A stretch of 64,000 nucleotides of DNA from Nitrososphaeria archaeon (GCA_027078545.1 JALWXN010000004.1:1078611-1142610); one strand, 5' to 3'. Positions 48,625 through 58,313 are shown, numbered from the stretch's first letter. Translations and numbers: made by a program. The notes: generated by a model not told the origin, from the sequence alone.

Positions 48625-50596
48625 CTACGGCAGCCTCCAGCAGCTGGGATATGTCGAGCACCTCCACAGAGTCGTTGGCCTCCGCTAGGAACATGGTCCT
48701 ACAGAATGGGCATGCCGTGCCGATGACCTCTGCACCTGTTTCTCTAGCCTCCATCATCCTCAGCCTACTTATTCGCTCACCCCTCTTCACCTCGTAGAAC
48801 ATCTGCCCGCCACCGGCTCCACAGCAGAAGCTACGCCTACCATTCCTAGGCATCTCTCTGAAGTCACTGGTTATGCTCCGGATCACCTCCCTAGGCTCCT
48901 CCAAGACACCGTTCCACCGGCCTAGGTAGCAGGGATCGTGGAAGGTTATCGACCTATCCCTCCTCTTAGGCCTGAGCCTGCCCTCCCTCAGGAGCTGGCT
49001 GAGGAGCTGTGTATGGTGGACGACGTCTAGGCTGAGGCCATACCTCTTATACTCATGCTTGAAGACTGTGTAGCCATGGGGACAGTTCACAAGGAGCTTC
49101 TTAAACCTATACCTGGAGAAGCCCTCGATATTCATCCTGACAATCTCTACATACATCAGCTCGTCCCCGATCCTCTTCGCCGGCTCGCCACAGCAGGTCT
49201 CGTCAGGCATTATAGCGACATCCACACCCGCCTTTCTCAGGAGGCTTAGGAGGCTCTTAGCGATCTCCCTATTAGCAGGTTCATAGACGGTCTGGCAGCC
49301 GACCCAGAAGAGGTATTCATACTCCCCACCCTCCTCTGCTATGGGGACACCGGTCTCCCTACTCAGCTCCTCTATAACCTTTGCCCTCTCCATCGGGTCG
49401 TAGCCCATGGGGTTCCCATACCTCATCAGGTTATACGAGACGTTGAGGGCGTCCTCAGGAACCTCCTCACCCTTCGAGACAAGGCCACGCCTAATATCGA
49501 TGATCGTCTCCACGTGGTGGATAAGCATGGGGCAGGCGTCTACACAGGCGCCACACGTAACGCAGGACCAGAGTATATCCGGCTCGATCTTCTCGGGGAC
49601 AAGCTCACCTTCATAGCCCTCCCGGGCTAGGTCTCTAAGGGCGAGTATGAGGTGCATCGGGCTGAGAGGCTTCCCACTAGCCGTTGCTGGACATACATCG
49701 GTACACCTAGAACACTCTATACAGGCGTCGAGATCCATCCTCTCCTTCCAGTTGAGGTCGGATATGGATAGTACACCTATATACCCCTTCTCCTCAGCCT
49801 CGGCCTCGGGATCCTCGGGCCCAGGTATCTCAGCAGGGTGCCTCTCACGGGCATAGGCATAGTTGAATATCCCGCCGAAGACTATGTGCCCCAGCTTGGT
49901 ATAGGGTATCAGGGCCACGGATAGCTGGGCCAGGACCATGTGGAATACCCATAGCCCCCTATAGAGGCCGACCAGGTCTAGGCCTAGGCCCTCCAGCGAT
50001 GATGCCAGGGCAACACCTATAAAGTCGTATAGACCTATCCACCCCAATCTATAGCTCAGCGTAGCTATAGAGTCGAGGAGGAAGCCTGTGAAGAGTATTA
50101 CCAGGAGGGTTATCAGGAGTAGGTAGTCGGAGGGCCTATCAGGGAGGTAGGGGCTCTTAAAACCACCCCTACGTAGTAGGAGGCCTATAAGACCGATAAT
50201 CGCAATGAGGCCCCCAATATTCATGAAGAACTTGAAGACCAGGTATGTATCCCCCACGAGGAACCTAGTACCGAAGAACCGGAGGGTTATGTCATACTCC
50301 AGCGCCCTTAGAACAGTGCCTATGAAGAGTATTATGAAGCCGTAGAAGACGAGTACATGCATCCCGCCGGTGCTAGGCTTCCGGACAACCCTCCTCTGGA
50401 GCAGTCCATACACAACAATGTTTCTAAGGGCCCGTCCAGGACTCGGGAGTGGGGGTGGGAAGGTGCCGAACCAGGAGACCACCCTCCTATACAGGCCGTA
50501 GAGGAATATCGCGGCGCTTATAACAAGCGTGATGTATACCAGTGCCTCGATATCCTCAACGAATAGGAAGTGCTCAATACCCGGCTCCTCAACCAT
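48605..50596 (-). CDS. Membrane Fe-S oxidoreductase, FadF/EMO (HdrD/GlpC CCG) type
   Basis: Cytochrome b-like TM N-terminus, CIECSRCTDVCP, CVTCGACVDACP, two CCG domains. Confidence 0.88.
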   Translation of the reverse strand: MVEEPGIEHFLFVEDIEALVYITLVISAAIFLYGLYRRVVSWFGTFPPPLPSPGRALRNIVVYGLLQRRVVRKPSTGGMHVLVFYGFIILFIGTVLRALEYDITLRFFGTRFLVGDTYLVFKFFMNIGGLIAIIGLIGLLLRRGGFKSPYLPDRPSDYLLLITLLVILFTGFLLDSIATLSYRLGWIGLYDFIGVALASSLEGLGLDLVGLYRGLWVFHMVLAQLSVALIPYTKLGHIVFGGIFNYAYARERHPAEIPGPEDPEAEAEEKGYIGVLSISDLNWKERMDLDACIECSRCTDVCPATASGKPLSPMHLILALRDLAREGYEGELVPEKIEPDILWSCVTCGACVDACPMLIHHVETIIDIRRGLVSKGEEVPEDALNVSYNLMRYGNPMGYDPMERAKVIEELSRETGVPIAEEGGEYEYLFWVGCQTVYEPANREIAKSLLSLLRKAGVDVAIMPDETCCGEPAKRIGDELMYVEIVRMNIEGFSRYRFKKLLVNCPHGYTVFKHEYKRYGLSLDVVHHTQLLSQLLREGRLRPKRRDRSITFHDPCYLGRWNGVLEEPREVIRSITSDFREMPRNGRRSFCCGAGGGQMFYEVKRGERISRLRMMEARETGAEVIGTACPFCRTMFLAEANDSVEVLDISQLLEAAVDEDGKA

Positions 50597-50637
50597 TATA
50601 GGAATGAATTAGCCGGGTAATGGTATAAAGGGGTGGT

Positions 50638-51513
50638 TTAAACCCCCCTAAGCTCCCTAACCTTACGGGTGAGTATCGGGAGTATCTGGTAGAGATCGCC
50701 GACTATGCCATAGTCCGTATACTCGAAGATCGGGGCATTCTTATCCTTGTTGATCGCCACTATCACCTTGACGTCGTTAGCAGCCATGATGTGCTGCGGA
50801 GCCCCAGAGATACCGACCGCTATATAAAGCTTACCCCTAAGCTTCTTACCACTGATCCCGATCCACCTATCCTCATCCAGCCACTTATAGTCAGCCGCTA
50901 TTGGGCGGGAGCAGCCCACCTCGCCGCCCAAGGCCTCGGCCAGCTCAAACGCCAACTTCAAGTCATCCTTCTCCTTGAAGCCCCTACCGACACCCACCAC
51001 TATCTCAGCGGACTCTATATCCACGCCTGTCCTACTCTTCTCACTCCTACTGACGACCTCGGTAGAGGGCTTCTCACCAAGCTCCACAACCTCTGGGGGG
51101 CCTAGGGAGAGCTGGCCACTAAACTTGCCAGGAGCTATGGTCAGGACGGCTGGTGGGGATAGGCTATACTTGGCAGTCCCCCTGCCGGAGAGTATGTTCC
51201 TAGTCACTGTCATGTCCTCAAGCCCGGTGACCTCCGTAACTATAGGTAGATCCCTAGACCCCGCCAGGTAGGATACCGCCTCCAAGACCTTCCTAGTATG
51301 TATACCCACCACAAGATCCGGCTCCCCAACCTGACCCACTATCCTGGCCAGTAGGTCTCCATATATATCTCCAACCCTATAGACCTTGGAGAAGTTCCCA
51401 CCCGGCGAGTCACTGGTTACCAGTATCGCCTCCTCCACATTACCAAGCCTGGATATGAAGCCCTCCAGGTCGCCATAATACTTCCCACTGTTTGATACGG
51501 CCAACACCCTCAT
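50638..51513 (-). CDS. etfA: Electron transfer flavoprotein alpha subunit
   Basis: GVGRG, GCSRP, IGISG, GISGAPQH, AINKD. Confidence 0.92.
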   Translation of the reverse strand: MRVLAVSNSGKYYGDLEGFISRLGNVEEAILVTSDSPGGNFSKVYRVGDIYGDLLARIVGQVGEPDLVVGIHTRKVLEAVSYLAGSRDLPIVTEVTGLEDMTVTRNILSGRGTAKYSLSPPAVLTIAPGKFSGQLSLGPPEVVELGEKPSTEVVSRSEKSRTGVDIESAEIVVGVGRGFKEKDDLKLAFELAEALGGEVGCSRPIAADYKWLDEDRWIGISGKKLRGKLYIAVGISGAPQHIMAANDVKVIVAINKDKNAPIFEYTDYGIVGDLYQILPILTRKVRELRGV

Positions 51514-52301
51514 CTCTTCAACACCCCCTCCTCGACGAGGTATGATACCAGCTTATCAACAAGCTCCTCAGGGGAGCCATCCTCGAGGATAACCCTCTTC
51601 CTCTTAACAGTGACGAGGCGATAGTCACTATACTTGGGGAGCATTGGGCTAAGGCCCAGCTCCGATAGGGTCGTCTTGACGAGAGGTTTCCTAAAAGCCT
51701 TCCTTATCTGTAGGAGTGTGGGGAGCCTAGGACTATTTATCTCACCAGTCACGCTGACGACGGCTGGGAGGCTTGCCCTAACAGTCTCTATATAGTCCTC
51801 CACATCCCTCTCCACCACTATGCCGCCGTCAGATACCTTCAACGACCTAGCGAATGTGACCACCGAGTAGCCCAGCGTAGCGGCGAGGTATGGAGCTATA
51901 GATGAGGAGGTCATATCAGTCGAGGCCTCACCCGTAATCACCAAGCTGGGGGAGCCATACTTCCTGATCAGGCTCGCCAGCACCTTAGCTGTAAATCTCG
52001 GCTCACTCCCCGAGACCGTGGGGTCTACAACCACGTAGGCCTCGTCACCACCCAGCGCCAGGGCCTCTCTAATAACGTTCTCAAAGTCCTTCTCCTTCCT
52101 ATCGGCCGGCCACCATGTTAGGAAGGAGTATATGATTACACGTCCACGTGTGGAGTCGGCTATCCTCCTAGCCTCATAGACAGCGTTCCTATCATACTCG
52201 CTGATCACTAGCGGTATATTCTCCACAGCCACAGACCCGTCGGGATTACTCCTCAAAACGTTTAGGTCTAGGGCCGCCTTCACAGCAACCCCTACATCCA
52301 T
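51510..52301 (-). CDS. etfB: Electron transfer flavoprotein beta subunit
   Basis: SEYDRNAVYEA, ALALG.D, GEASTD, INSPRLP. Confidence 0.9.
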   Translation of the reverse strand: MDVGVAVKAALDLNVLRSNPDGSVAVENIPLVISEYDRNAVYEARRIADSTRGRVIIYSFLTWWPADRKEKDFENVIREALALGGDEAYVVVDPTVSGSEPRFTAKVLASLIRKYGSPSLVITGEASTDMTSSSIAPYLAATLGYSVVTFARSLKVSDGGIVVERDVEDYIETVRASLPAVVSVTGEINSPRLPTLLQIRKAFRKPLVKTTLSELGLSPMLPKYSDYRLVTVKRKRVILEDGSPEELVDKLVSYLVEEGVLKR

Positions 52302-52368
52302 TGCTATTCACCGGTCAAGCCGAATTATACCCCCAGCCACGACTTAAATAGTTGGTATAGACCCTACA

Positions 52369-53460
52369 CTACCCCGAGAAGAACTCCTTGATAGCCTCCA
52401 CAACGGGGTAGACAAACCTCATCTGGGCAGTATAGCCCATATGCCCAATCCTGATAGCCCTTATACCGGCGAACAAGGCGGTGGAGATCATGTATCCATA
52501 CTTCTCAAGGACATACTTCTCAACCTCAGCCGGGTCGGGCTCAGACCAGAAGACAGAGACCGTGGGCGACCTAGCCCCCTCAACAGGAAGCGGCTCAAGT
52601 CCATCCAACTCCAAGAGCTCTCTATAGACGTAGTCCGACACCTCCCTATGCCTCTTCTCCACCTTGTCCAGGCCCTCCCCAAGCACTAATTCCGCTGCTG
52701 TTATGAAGCCTAGTATAGCGTTTGTAGGGATGGTTGTGGGATACGGATGGAAGGGCCACTTCTCACGATACTCTATCCACGTCTTCAAGTCGTTGGAGAA
52801 CCCCCTATACCCACTCCTAGAGACGATCCTATCCACCGCCTTCTCGCTGAGGAATATCGGTGTGACACCCATCACAGAGCCGAGGGCCTTACTGGAATAC
52901 CCTATACAGACGTCTATCCCAAGCCTATCAACACCGATCTCCATAGCCCCGTAGCTGGAGACGGAGTCAACGATGAATAGCGTCTTCTCAGGGATAACCT
53001 CAGAGAGGCCCTTGAGATCCTCGAGGACACCGGTGGAGGTCTCGCTATGGACAACTATGACCGCGTCGAAATCCATGCTCCTAAGCAGTGTCGAGACCTC
53101 ATCTAGGTCGACACGCATACCAGGCTTCTCAGGCACGACGTGGTGGGCCTCATAGCCATATATCAGGGCGATCTCCTTAAACCTACGGACGAAGAACCCG
53201 TCGTTTATGAGGAGGACCCTCTTACCAGCCAGGCTGTTGAGGACAGCCTCCATCGAGGCCGAGGCCGAGCCGTAGAAGGGGATCACCACACCCTCCCCGC
53301 CGAACAGTTTCGAGGCATACTCCAGGAACCTGTTATATATCTCGAGCCACTGCTCACCATAGTGTTTAAACAGCCTCGCGGAGGAGGCCTGTAGAGCCTC
53401 GGGATACGGCTCAGACGGCCCCGGCGTCATCTGGATAGGGTGTCGCCAGTGCCGTATCAT
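52369..53460 (-). CDS. Class V PLP aminotransferase (serine-pyruvate/alanine-glyoxylate type)
   Basis: MTPGP, HSETSTG, VDSVSS, SSKAL, RIGHMG. Confidence 0.88.
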   Translation of the reverse strand: MIRHWRHPIQMTPGPSEPYPEALQASSARLFKHYGEQWLEIYNRFLEYASKLFGGEGVVIPFYGSASASMEAVLNSLAGKRVLLINDGFFVRRFKEIALIYGYEAHHVVPEKPGMRVDLDEVSTLLRSMDFDAVIVVHSETSTGVLEDLKGLSEVIPEKTLFIVDSVSSYGAMEIGVDRLGIDVCIGYSSKALGSVMGVTPIFLSEKAVDRIVSRSGYRGFSNDLKTWIEYREKWPFHPYPTTIPTNAILGFITAAELVLGEGLDKVEKRHREVSDYVYRELLELDGLEPLPVEGARSPTVSVFWSEPDPAEVEKYVLEKYGYMISTALFAGIRAIRIGHMGYTAQMRFVYPVVEAIKEFFSG

Positions 53461-53491
53461 GGATATAGTGTAATGGATAGACCCTAATAAC

Positions 53492-53815
53492 TCAGTCTAC
53501 ACCTATTCTTGGCACAGCCTCGCCAGAGATGTAGGCAGCCACCCTCCCGCCTACTAGTATGTATAGGCCCTCACCCATGTATCGAGACATCTCTTTAGGC
53601 GGGCTATCCACCACATATAGACAGTCATCACAAGGCTCCTCCACAACCTTGAAGGCCTCACCCAGGAACTCTAGCGCCTCGCTGGGTAGCCCAGCCTCCA
53701 CAAATATCTTTGAGGGGCCTCCCCTCCACATAGAGAGTAGGCGTACCCACTCAAGAAGGTCCCGATCCATCCGGCTAAGTACTAATACCCACCTCTCCAA
53801 TATGGACACCCACAT
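53492..53815 (-). CDS. Hypothetical protein
   Basis: Fills the gap co-directionally with the downstream operon; no recognised motif. Confidence 0.5.
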   Translation of the reverse strand: MWVSILERWVLVLSRMDRDLLEWVRLLSMWRGGPSKIFVEAGLPSEALEFLGEAFKVVEEPCDDCLYVVDSPPKEMSRYMGEGLYILVGGRVAAYISGEAVPRIGVD

Positions 53816-53848
53816 TTACAGGTATGGAGCGGGAATAATATTGATGAT

Positions 53849-54688
53849 ATGAGGGATAAGAAGGAGATTGGAAGGACGGGTGAGAAGGTCTCATCCATAG
53901 GGCTTGGCACATGGAACATCATAAACTACGACGCCGCTATGGAGGCCTTCCTCTACGCCTATGAGAAGGGGATAGACAATATAGACACGGCCGAGATGTA
54001 TGGAGACGGGAGGGCCGAGGAGTTTGTAGGCGAGTTCCTACGCCGGGTCGGGAGGGACAACATATTCGTGACCACCAAGATCATGCCTCAGAACCTGGTC
54101 TCCAGGGACAGGGCAATAGCCTCGGCAGAGAAGAGCCTTAGACGCCTAGGGATAGACACCGTCGACCTGATACTCCTACACTGGTCAGAGCCACACCTAA
54201 GCCTGGAGAACCAGATAAAGAATCTCGAGAGGCTCGCCGAGAAGGGATATACACGCTACATAGGCGTGAGCAACCTAGGTGTGGAGGAGCTGGGGATAGC
54301 TCAGGAGGCTACCTCCAGACACGAGATCGTGGTAGACCAGGTCAGGTACAGCGTCTATGATAGGAGGGTGGAGAGGAGGCTGATCCCCTACACCCTTGAG
54401 AGGGGGATAACCATACAGGCATACTCACCCATAGAGAGGGGAGCAATAATAGGCGACCCAGTACTCAGGAGGATAGGGGAGAAGTATGGCAAGACCGAGG
54501 TCGAGGTAGCGCTAAACTACCTAATAACAAATCCAAACGTCATAGCCATACCAAAGACGGAGAAGAAGGAGCGGATAGACCTCTTCATAGGCGCTATGGG
54601 GTGGAGACTGGCTAGGGAGGATATAGAGGAGATCAGGCGCAGGGTGGAGTCGAGATACTCGATAGAGGACCTCGAGGGTGAGAGCTAG
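53849..54688 (+). CDS. Aldo/keto reductase
   Basis: IGLGTW, IDTAEMYG, LLHW, IGVSN, AYSP, IPKT. Confidence 0.9.
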   Translation: MRDKKEIGRTGEKVSSIGLGTWNIINYDAAMEAFLYAYEKGIDNIDTAEMYGDGRAEEFVGEFLRRVGRDNIFVTTKIMPQNLVSRDRAIASAEKSLRRLGIDTVDLILLHWSEPHLSLENQIKNLERLAEKGYTRYIGVSNLGVEELGIAQEATSRHEIVVDQVRYSVYDRRVERRLIPYTLERGITIQAYSPIERGAIIGDPVLRRIGEKYGKTEVEVALNYLITNPNVIAIPKTEKKERIDLFIGAMGWRLAREDIEEIRRRVESRYSIEDLEGES

Positions 54689-54750
54689 GTCTAGAAAATA
54701 TATATTGTCTAGCCCCAATGTTTATACCATTAATACGTCTAAAGCATTAA

Positions 54751-55170
54751 GTGGTGGTGGCCATGACGAAGCTATCCATCATAATGTTCTCCGGAACCCC
54801 CGACAAGCTCATGCCAGTGGGGGTACTGGCATCCACCGCAGCCGCACTGGGCTATGAGGTCGAGATCTTCGCCACCTTCTGGGGCCTAATGGCCCTTAAG
54901 AAGGACGCCCCCCAGATACCAGTTTCACAGGACTATGGCCCTATGGGAGAGATGCTGATGAAGATCATGGAGGAGAAGAAGATGCCTAGCTGGCTAGACC
55001 TGCTACGCCAGGCAAAGGAGATGGGCAACGTAAAGGTATATGCATGTGCCCAGACCTTCGACCTACTAGGCCTGAAGAAGGAGGACCTCGTAGACGTGGT
55101 CGACGACGTTATAGGGGCTATGGAGTACCTCGAGAGGAGTAAGGACGCCGACATAACACTATTCATATAG
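54751..55170 (+). CDS. DsrE/DsrF-family sulfur carrier
   Basis: [22 protein letters not shown]-terminus. Confidence 0.85.
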   Translation: MVVAMTKLSIIMFSGTPDKLMPVGVLASTAAALGYEVEIFATFWGLMALKKDAPQIPVSQDYGPMGEMLMKIMEEKKMPSWLDLLRQAKEMGNVKVYACAQTFDLLGLKKEDLVDVVDDVIGAMEYLERSKDADITLFI

Positions 55171-55183
55171 CCCCATAGACATT

Positions 55184-55441
55184 TTGATGGAGGTGGTTAG
55201 GATGTCCGAGGTCAAGCCCGACATAGTGGTCGACGCCAGGGGGAGCTACTGCCCAGGCCCCCTCATGGAGCTGATAAAGACCATCAAGAAGGCCGAGGTA
55301 GGCCAGGTAATAGCCGTCTACTCCAGCGACTCCGGGAGTAAGAAGGATATCCCCCTATGGGTGGAGAAGGCTGGCCACGAGCTAATAGCAGTCATCGATA
55401 GGGACGGATACACAGAGTTCCTAGTCAGGAAGAAGAAGTAG
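55184..55441 (+). CDS. tusA: TusA-family sulfurtransferase
   Basis: [18 protein letters not shown]. Confidence 0.9.
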   Translation: MMEVVRMSEVKPDIVVDARGSYCPGPLMELIKTIKKAEVGQVIAVYSSDSGSKKDIPLWVEKAGHELIAVIDRDGYTEFLVRKKK

Positions 55442-55465
55442 GTAAAAAATAGGGGGTTAAGCCCC

Positions 55466-55945
55466 CTACCCACCCTCCTCTTTATCCCTCTCACCATCCT
55501 CGGGATAGGCATACCTACCGATCAGCTTTAGATAGGCTATGGCCACAGCCAAGCCACGCCTAACATCCTCATCCCTAAGGAGCCTCATAAGGCTGAGCAG
55601 CCCCGTAACCCTGGTCCTCTTGATCTCCTCCTCCAGCTCCATAGGGTGATCAGCAATCGCCGAGACAAGCCTCTCAACAGAGGGGGACTTCGTCTTGGCT
55701 AGGAGCTCCATGGCGGAGCCGCCTAGGCTGGAGAAGCTCGAGACCATCTCGTCACTAAGGATCGCCTTCAACGTCTCACCCAGGTAGCCGAGGCCCACCA
55801 GGGTCTCCAGGGCCCCAGACTCCACAAGCGGCTTTATAGATTCTAGGACGTCGTTCAACACCTTGAGATTCTCAACGAGCCTCTCAACCTCCTTCCTAGC
55901 CTCCTCACTCCCAATTATCTCCTCAAACCCATCCTTCTCCTTCAT
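55466..55945 (-). CDS. DUF1641-family protein
   Basis: VTGLLSLMRLLRDEDVRRGL...LKLIG; 4-nt overlap with sqr. Confidence 0.8.
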   Translation of the reverse strand: MKEKDGFEEIIGSEEARKEVERLVENLKVLNDVLESIKPLVESGALETLVGLGYLGETLKAILSDEMVSSFSSLGGSAMELLAKTKSPSVERLVSAIADHPMELEEEIKRTRVTGLLSLMRLLRDEDVRRGLAVAIAYLKLIGRYAYPEDGERDKEEGG

Positions 55946-57111
55946 AGAACCACCCCCGTCAATATACTCTTAGCAGTTATGTTCCAGTAGAGCTTGTTGT
56001 AGGCCAGCTTTAGCCAGTAATATATGAATGAGGGCGGGACGATCGGAGGCGGGTTCTCATAGTCGAATACGAGGACCGTGGCCTTCCCAATTCCCGTCAG
56101 GACGAAGCACATAGTCTTCCCATTATACTTACTAGTGGGCTCATAACCCTCGATCTCATCCATGATCCTCTTAGAGACCACCTCGGCCTCGAAGTCGGCT
56201 ACAGACCCGGCCTTCGATACCGGTAGGTTCGTGGCGTCACCAATGGCATATGCATCGTCATAGCCCACTATGTTCAGGGTATACTTATCCACATTGATCC
56301 AGCCATCCTCATCACCAATACCCGACTCCCTAACCACATCAGCCCCCCTATGTGGAGGCACTATGATGGCCAGGTCATACTCCAGCTCCTCACCCTCCAG
56401 TGAGACTAGGCGCTTCCTCTCCACATCTACATGATCCAGGTTGAACATGAGGCTATAGTTTATCCCCTTCCTCTCCATCTCCTGGGCCAGGAGCTCCGCG
56501 ACACCCTCGATAGGGAAGACCCTGGGGAGTGGATAGAAATAGGTCAGCTCAACCTTATCCCATATACCCCTCCTCGCGAAGTAGTCCCTAAGGATGAGGG
56601 TCATCTCTATAGGGGCTGGTGGACACCTATACGGTATACTACTTATACCCACCACCACCTTACCACCCTCGAAGTCGGCCAGGGCCCTTTTAAGCCTCCT
56701 AGTAGCATCGAAGCTATAGAAGTGATACGTATCCTCCAGCCCCTCGACACCACTGGGGTCTAGGGTCGCACCGGTAGATACGACTAGATAGTCATAGCTG
56801 AGCCTATCACCACTCCCAAGCTCCACAGCCCTATCGTCAAGGTCTATCCTTACAGCCCTATCCCTTATCCACTTAACCCCCTCCGGGACGAGGCTTGAGA
56901 AGGGGGCGTATGCCTCCCGCTCATCCATCACGTTGACGGGTATGAGTAGGAAGGCCGGCTGGTAATAATGCCTCTCACTAGGGTTCACGACAACTATCTC
57001 GACCTCTCCAGACTTGATCCTATCCCTAAGCCCATGGGCCAGCTTATTCATCATTATGGAGCCGCCGGTACCTCCTCCCAGTATGACTATCCGCTTCATC
57101 TCGCTAAGCAT
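55942..57111 (-). CDS. sqr: Sulfide:quinone oxidoreductase (type III-like)
   Basis: GGGTGG, HYYQP, YRCPPAP, VPPH, IGDAT, SKAG, MCF. Confidence 0.82.
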   Translation of the reverse strand: MLSEMKRIVILGGGTGGSIMMNKLAHGLRDRIKSGEVEIVVVNPSERHYYQPAFLLIPVNVMDEREAYAPFSSLVPEGVKWIRDRAVRIDLDDRAVELGSGDRLSYDYLVVSTGATLDPSGVEGLEDTYHFYSFDATRRLKRALADFEGGKVVVGISSIPYRCPPAPIEMTLILRDYFARRGIWDKVELTYFYPLPRVFPIEGVAELLAQEMERKGINYSLMFNLDHVDVERKRLVSLEGEELEYDLAIIVPPHRGADVVRESGIGDEDGWINVDKYTLNIVGYDDAYAIGDATNLPVSKAGSVADFEAEVVSKRIMDEIEGYEPTSKYNGKTMCFVLTGIGKATVLVFDYENPPPIVPPSFIYYWLKLAYNKLYWNITAKSILTGVVL

Positions 57112-57180
57112 ATATACAGACTATAGTTTAACCTTTGTGTATATACACGACATATACGATATACCGGGGGGTTATATCGC

Positions 57181-57249
57181 ATGGGGTCGTCTAGAAGCCA
57201 CTCATCAACCCCCAACGGGTCAGGCTATCTAGCCCCACTCATCCCCCAT
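57181..57249 (-). ncRNA. Candidate C/D box guide sRNA (degenerate C and D boxes)
   Basis: Minus strand: AUGGGG stem, GGAUGA, 15-nt guide, CUGA, spacer, UUGAUGA, 11-nt guide, ACGA, CCCCAU stem. Confidence 0.5.
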
Positions 57250-57268
57250 ATAGATATCCCCACCACCC

Positions 57269-57287
57269 GGGATAAACGGTTTATCCC
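57269..57287. promoter_or_regulatory. 19-bp palindrome upstream of the ADH-family gene (putative operator)
   Basis: GGGATAAAC-G-GTTTATCCC, ending 23 nt before the ATG at 57311. Confidence 0.4.
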
Positions 57288-57310
57288 ATGCATAGGGGAA
57301 TATTCTTGGT

Positions 57311-58309
57311 ATGAAGGCGGTAGTCCTAAGGGAGATCGGTGGCTCGCCGAGCATAGAGGATGTAGAGCCTGGTGAGCTTCGGGAGGGATGGGTCAGGCTA
57401 AAAGTGGTTAGAAGCGCCCTCTGCTACCGAGACCTACTCACGATCAAGGGGTTCTTCCCACAGGCGAAGACCCCCCTAATACTGGGACACGAATTCACCG
57501 GTGAGGTGGTCGATAGTAGGAGCGCGAGATTCAACCCGGGCGACAGGGTCGTGGCACTTCCCTACACCTACTGCGGCAGGTGTGAATACTGCCTAACCGG
57601 GAGGGAGAACCTATGCAGGAGTAGGGAGTGGTATGGGGAGCACCTAAACGGCTCCCACGCCCAGTATATAGACGTGAGGGAGGAGTCCCTAGTACCCATA
57701 GAGGGAGACATCGACCCGAACTACGCCTCAATAGCCAGCTGCGTAGTCGGGATGGTTATAAACGGGCTGTGGCAGGTGGGCGGAGTAGAGGAGGGGGACA
57801 AGGTACTCGTGACAGGTGCCTCGGGAGGGGTCGGTATCCACGCCCTACAGGTGGCCAAGGCCTTCGGGGCAGAGACGATAGCCATAACGAGGAGTGAGGA
57901 GAAGGCCAGGTTCATAGAGACCGTGAAGCCCGACCACATACTAGTAGGTGACGACTGGCATAAGGAGGCTAAGAGGCTCGGCGGTGCAGACATAGTGATA
58001 GAGACCGTGGGCGAGCCAACCTTCCAGAAGAGTCTGAGGAGCCTCAAATGGGGAGGCAGGATGGTGGTGATAGGGAATGTCAATGTGAAGCCGGTTGAGC
58101 TCCAGCTAGGCCTGATAATACTTAGGCAGAACATGATAGCGGGAGACCTCAGCAGCACCAAGAAATCACTATACAAGGCGCTACAGCTCTACAGGAAGGG
58201 ACTAGTAAGAGCTGTTGGCACCGAGATGCCGCTAGACAGGATCGGAGAGGCACTAGAGAAGATGGAGAAGGGGTTGAGTAGGGGGAGGATATTCCTAGTG
58301 CCACCCTGA
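57311..58309 (+). CDS. Zn-dependent MDR oxidoreductase, acryloyl-CoA reductase-like
   Basis: ALCYRDLL, LGHE, CGRCEYC..C, VTGASGGVGIHALQVAKA. Confidence 0.85.
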   Translation: MKAVVLREIGGSPSIEDVEPGELREGWVRLKVVRSALCYRDLLTIKGFFPQAKTPLILGHEFTGEVVDSRSARFNPGDRVVALPYTYCGRCEYCLTGRENLCRSREWYGEHLNGSHAQYIDVREESLVPIEGDIDPNYASIASCVVGMVINGLWQVGGVEEGDKVLVTGASGGVGIHALQVAKAFGAETIAITRSEEKARFIETVKPDHILVGDDWHKEAKRLGGADIVIETVGEPTFQKSLRSLKWGGRMVVIGNVNVKPVELQLGLIILRQNMIAGDLSSTKKSLYKALQLYRKGLVRAVGTEMPLDRIGEALEKMEKGLSRGRIFLVPP

Positions 58310-58313
58310 CTAG

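Noticed and set aside
42576-57111. sHdr-LbpA sulfur oxidation cluster
   Set aside because: No sHdrA/B/C genes are present; the lipoyl protein is E2-like rather than GcvH-like; the CCG protein fits FadF/EMO for beta-oxidation.
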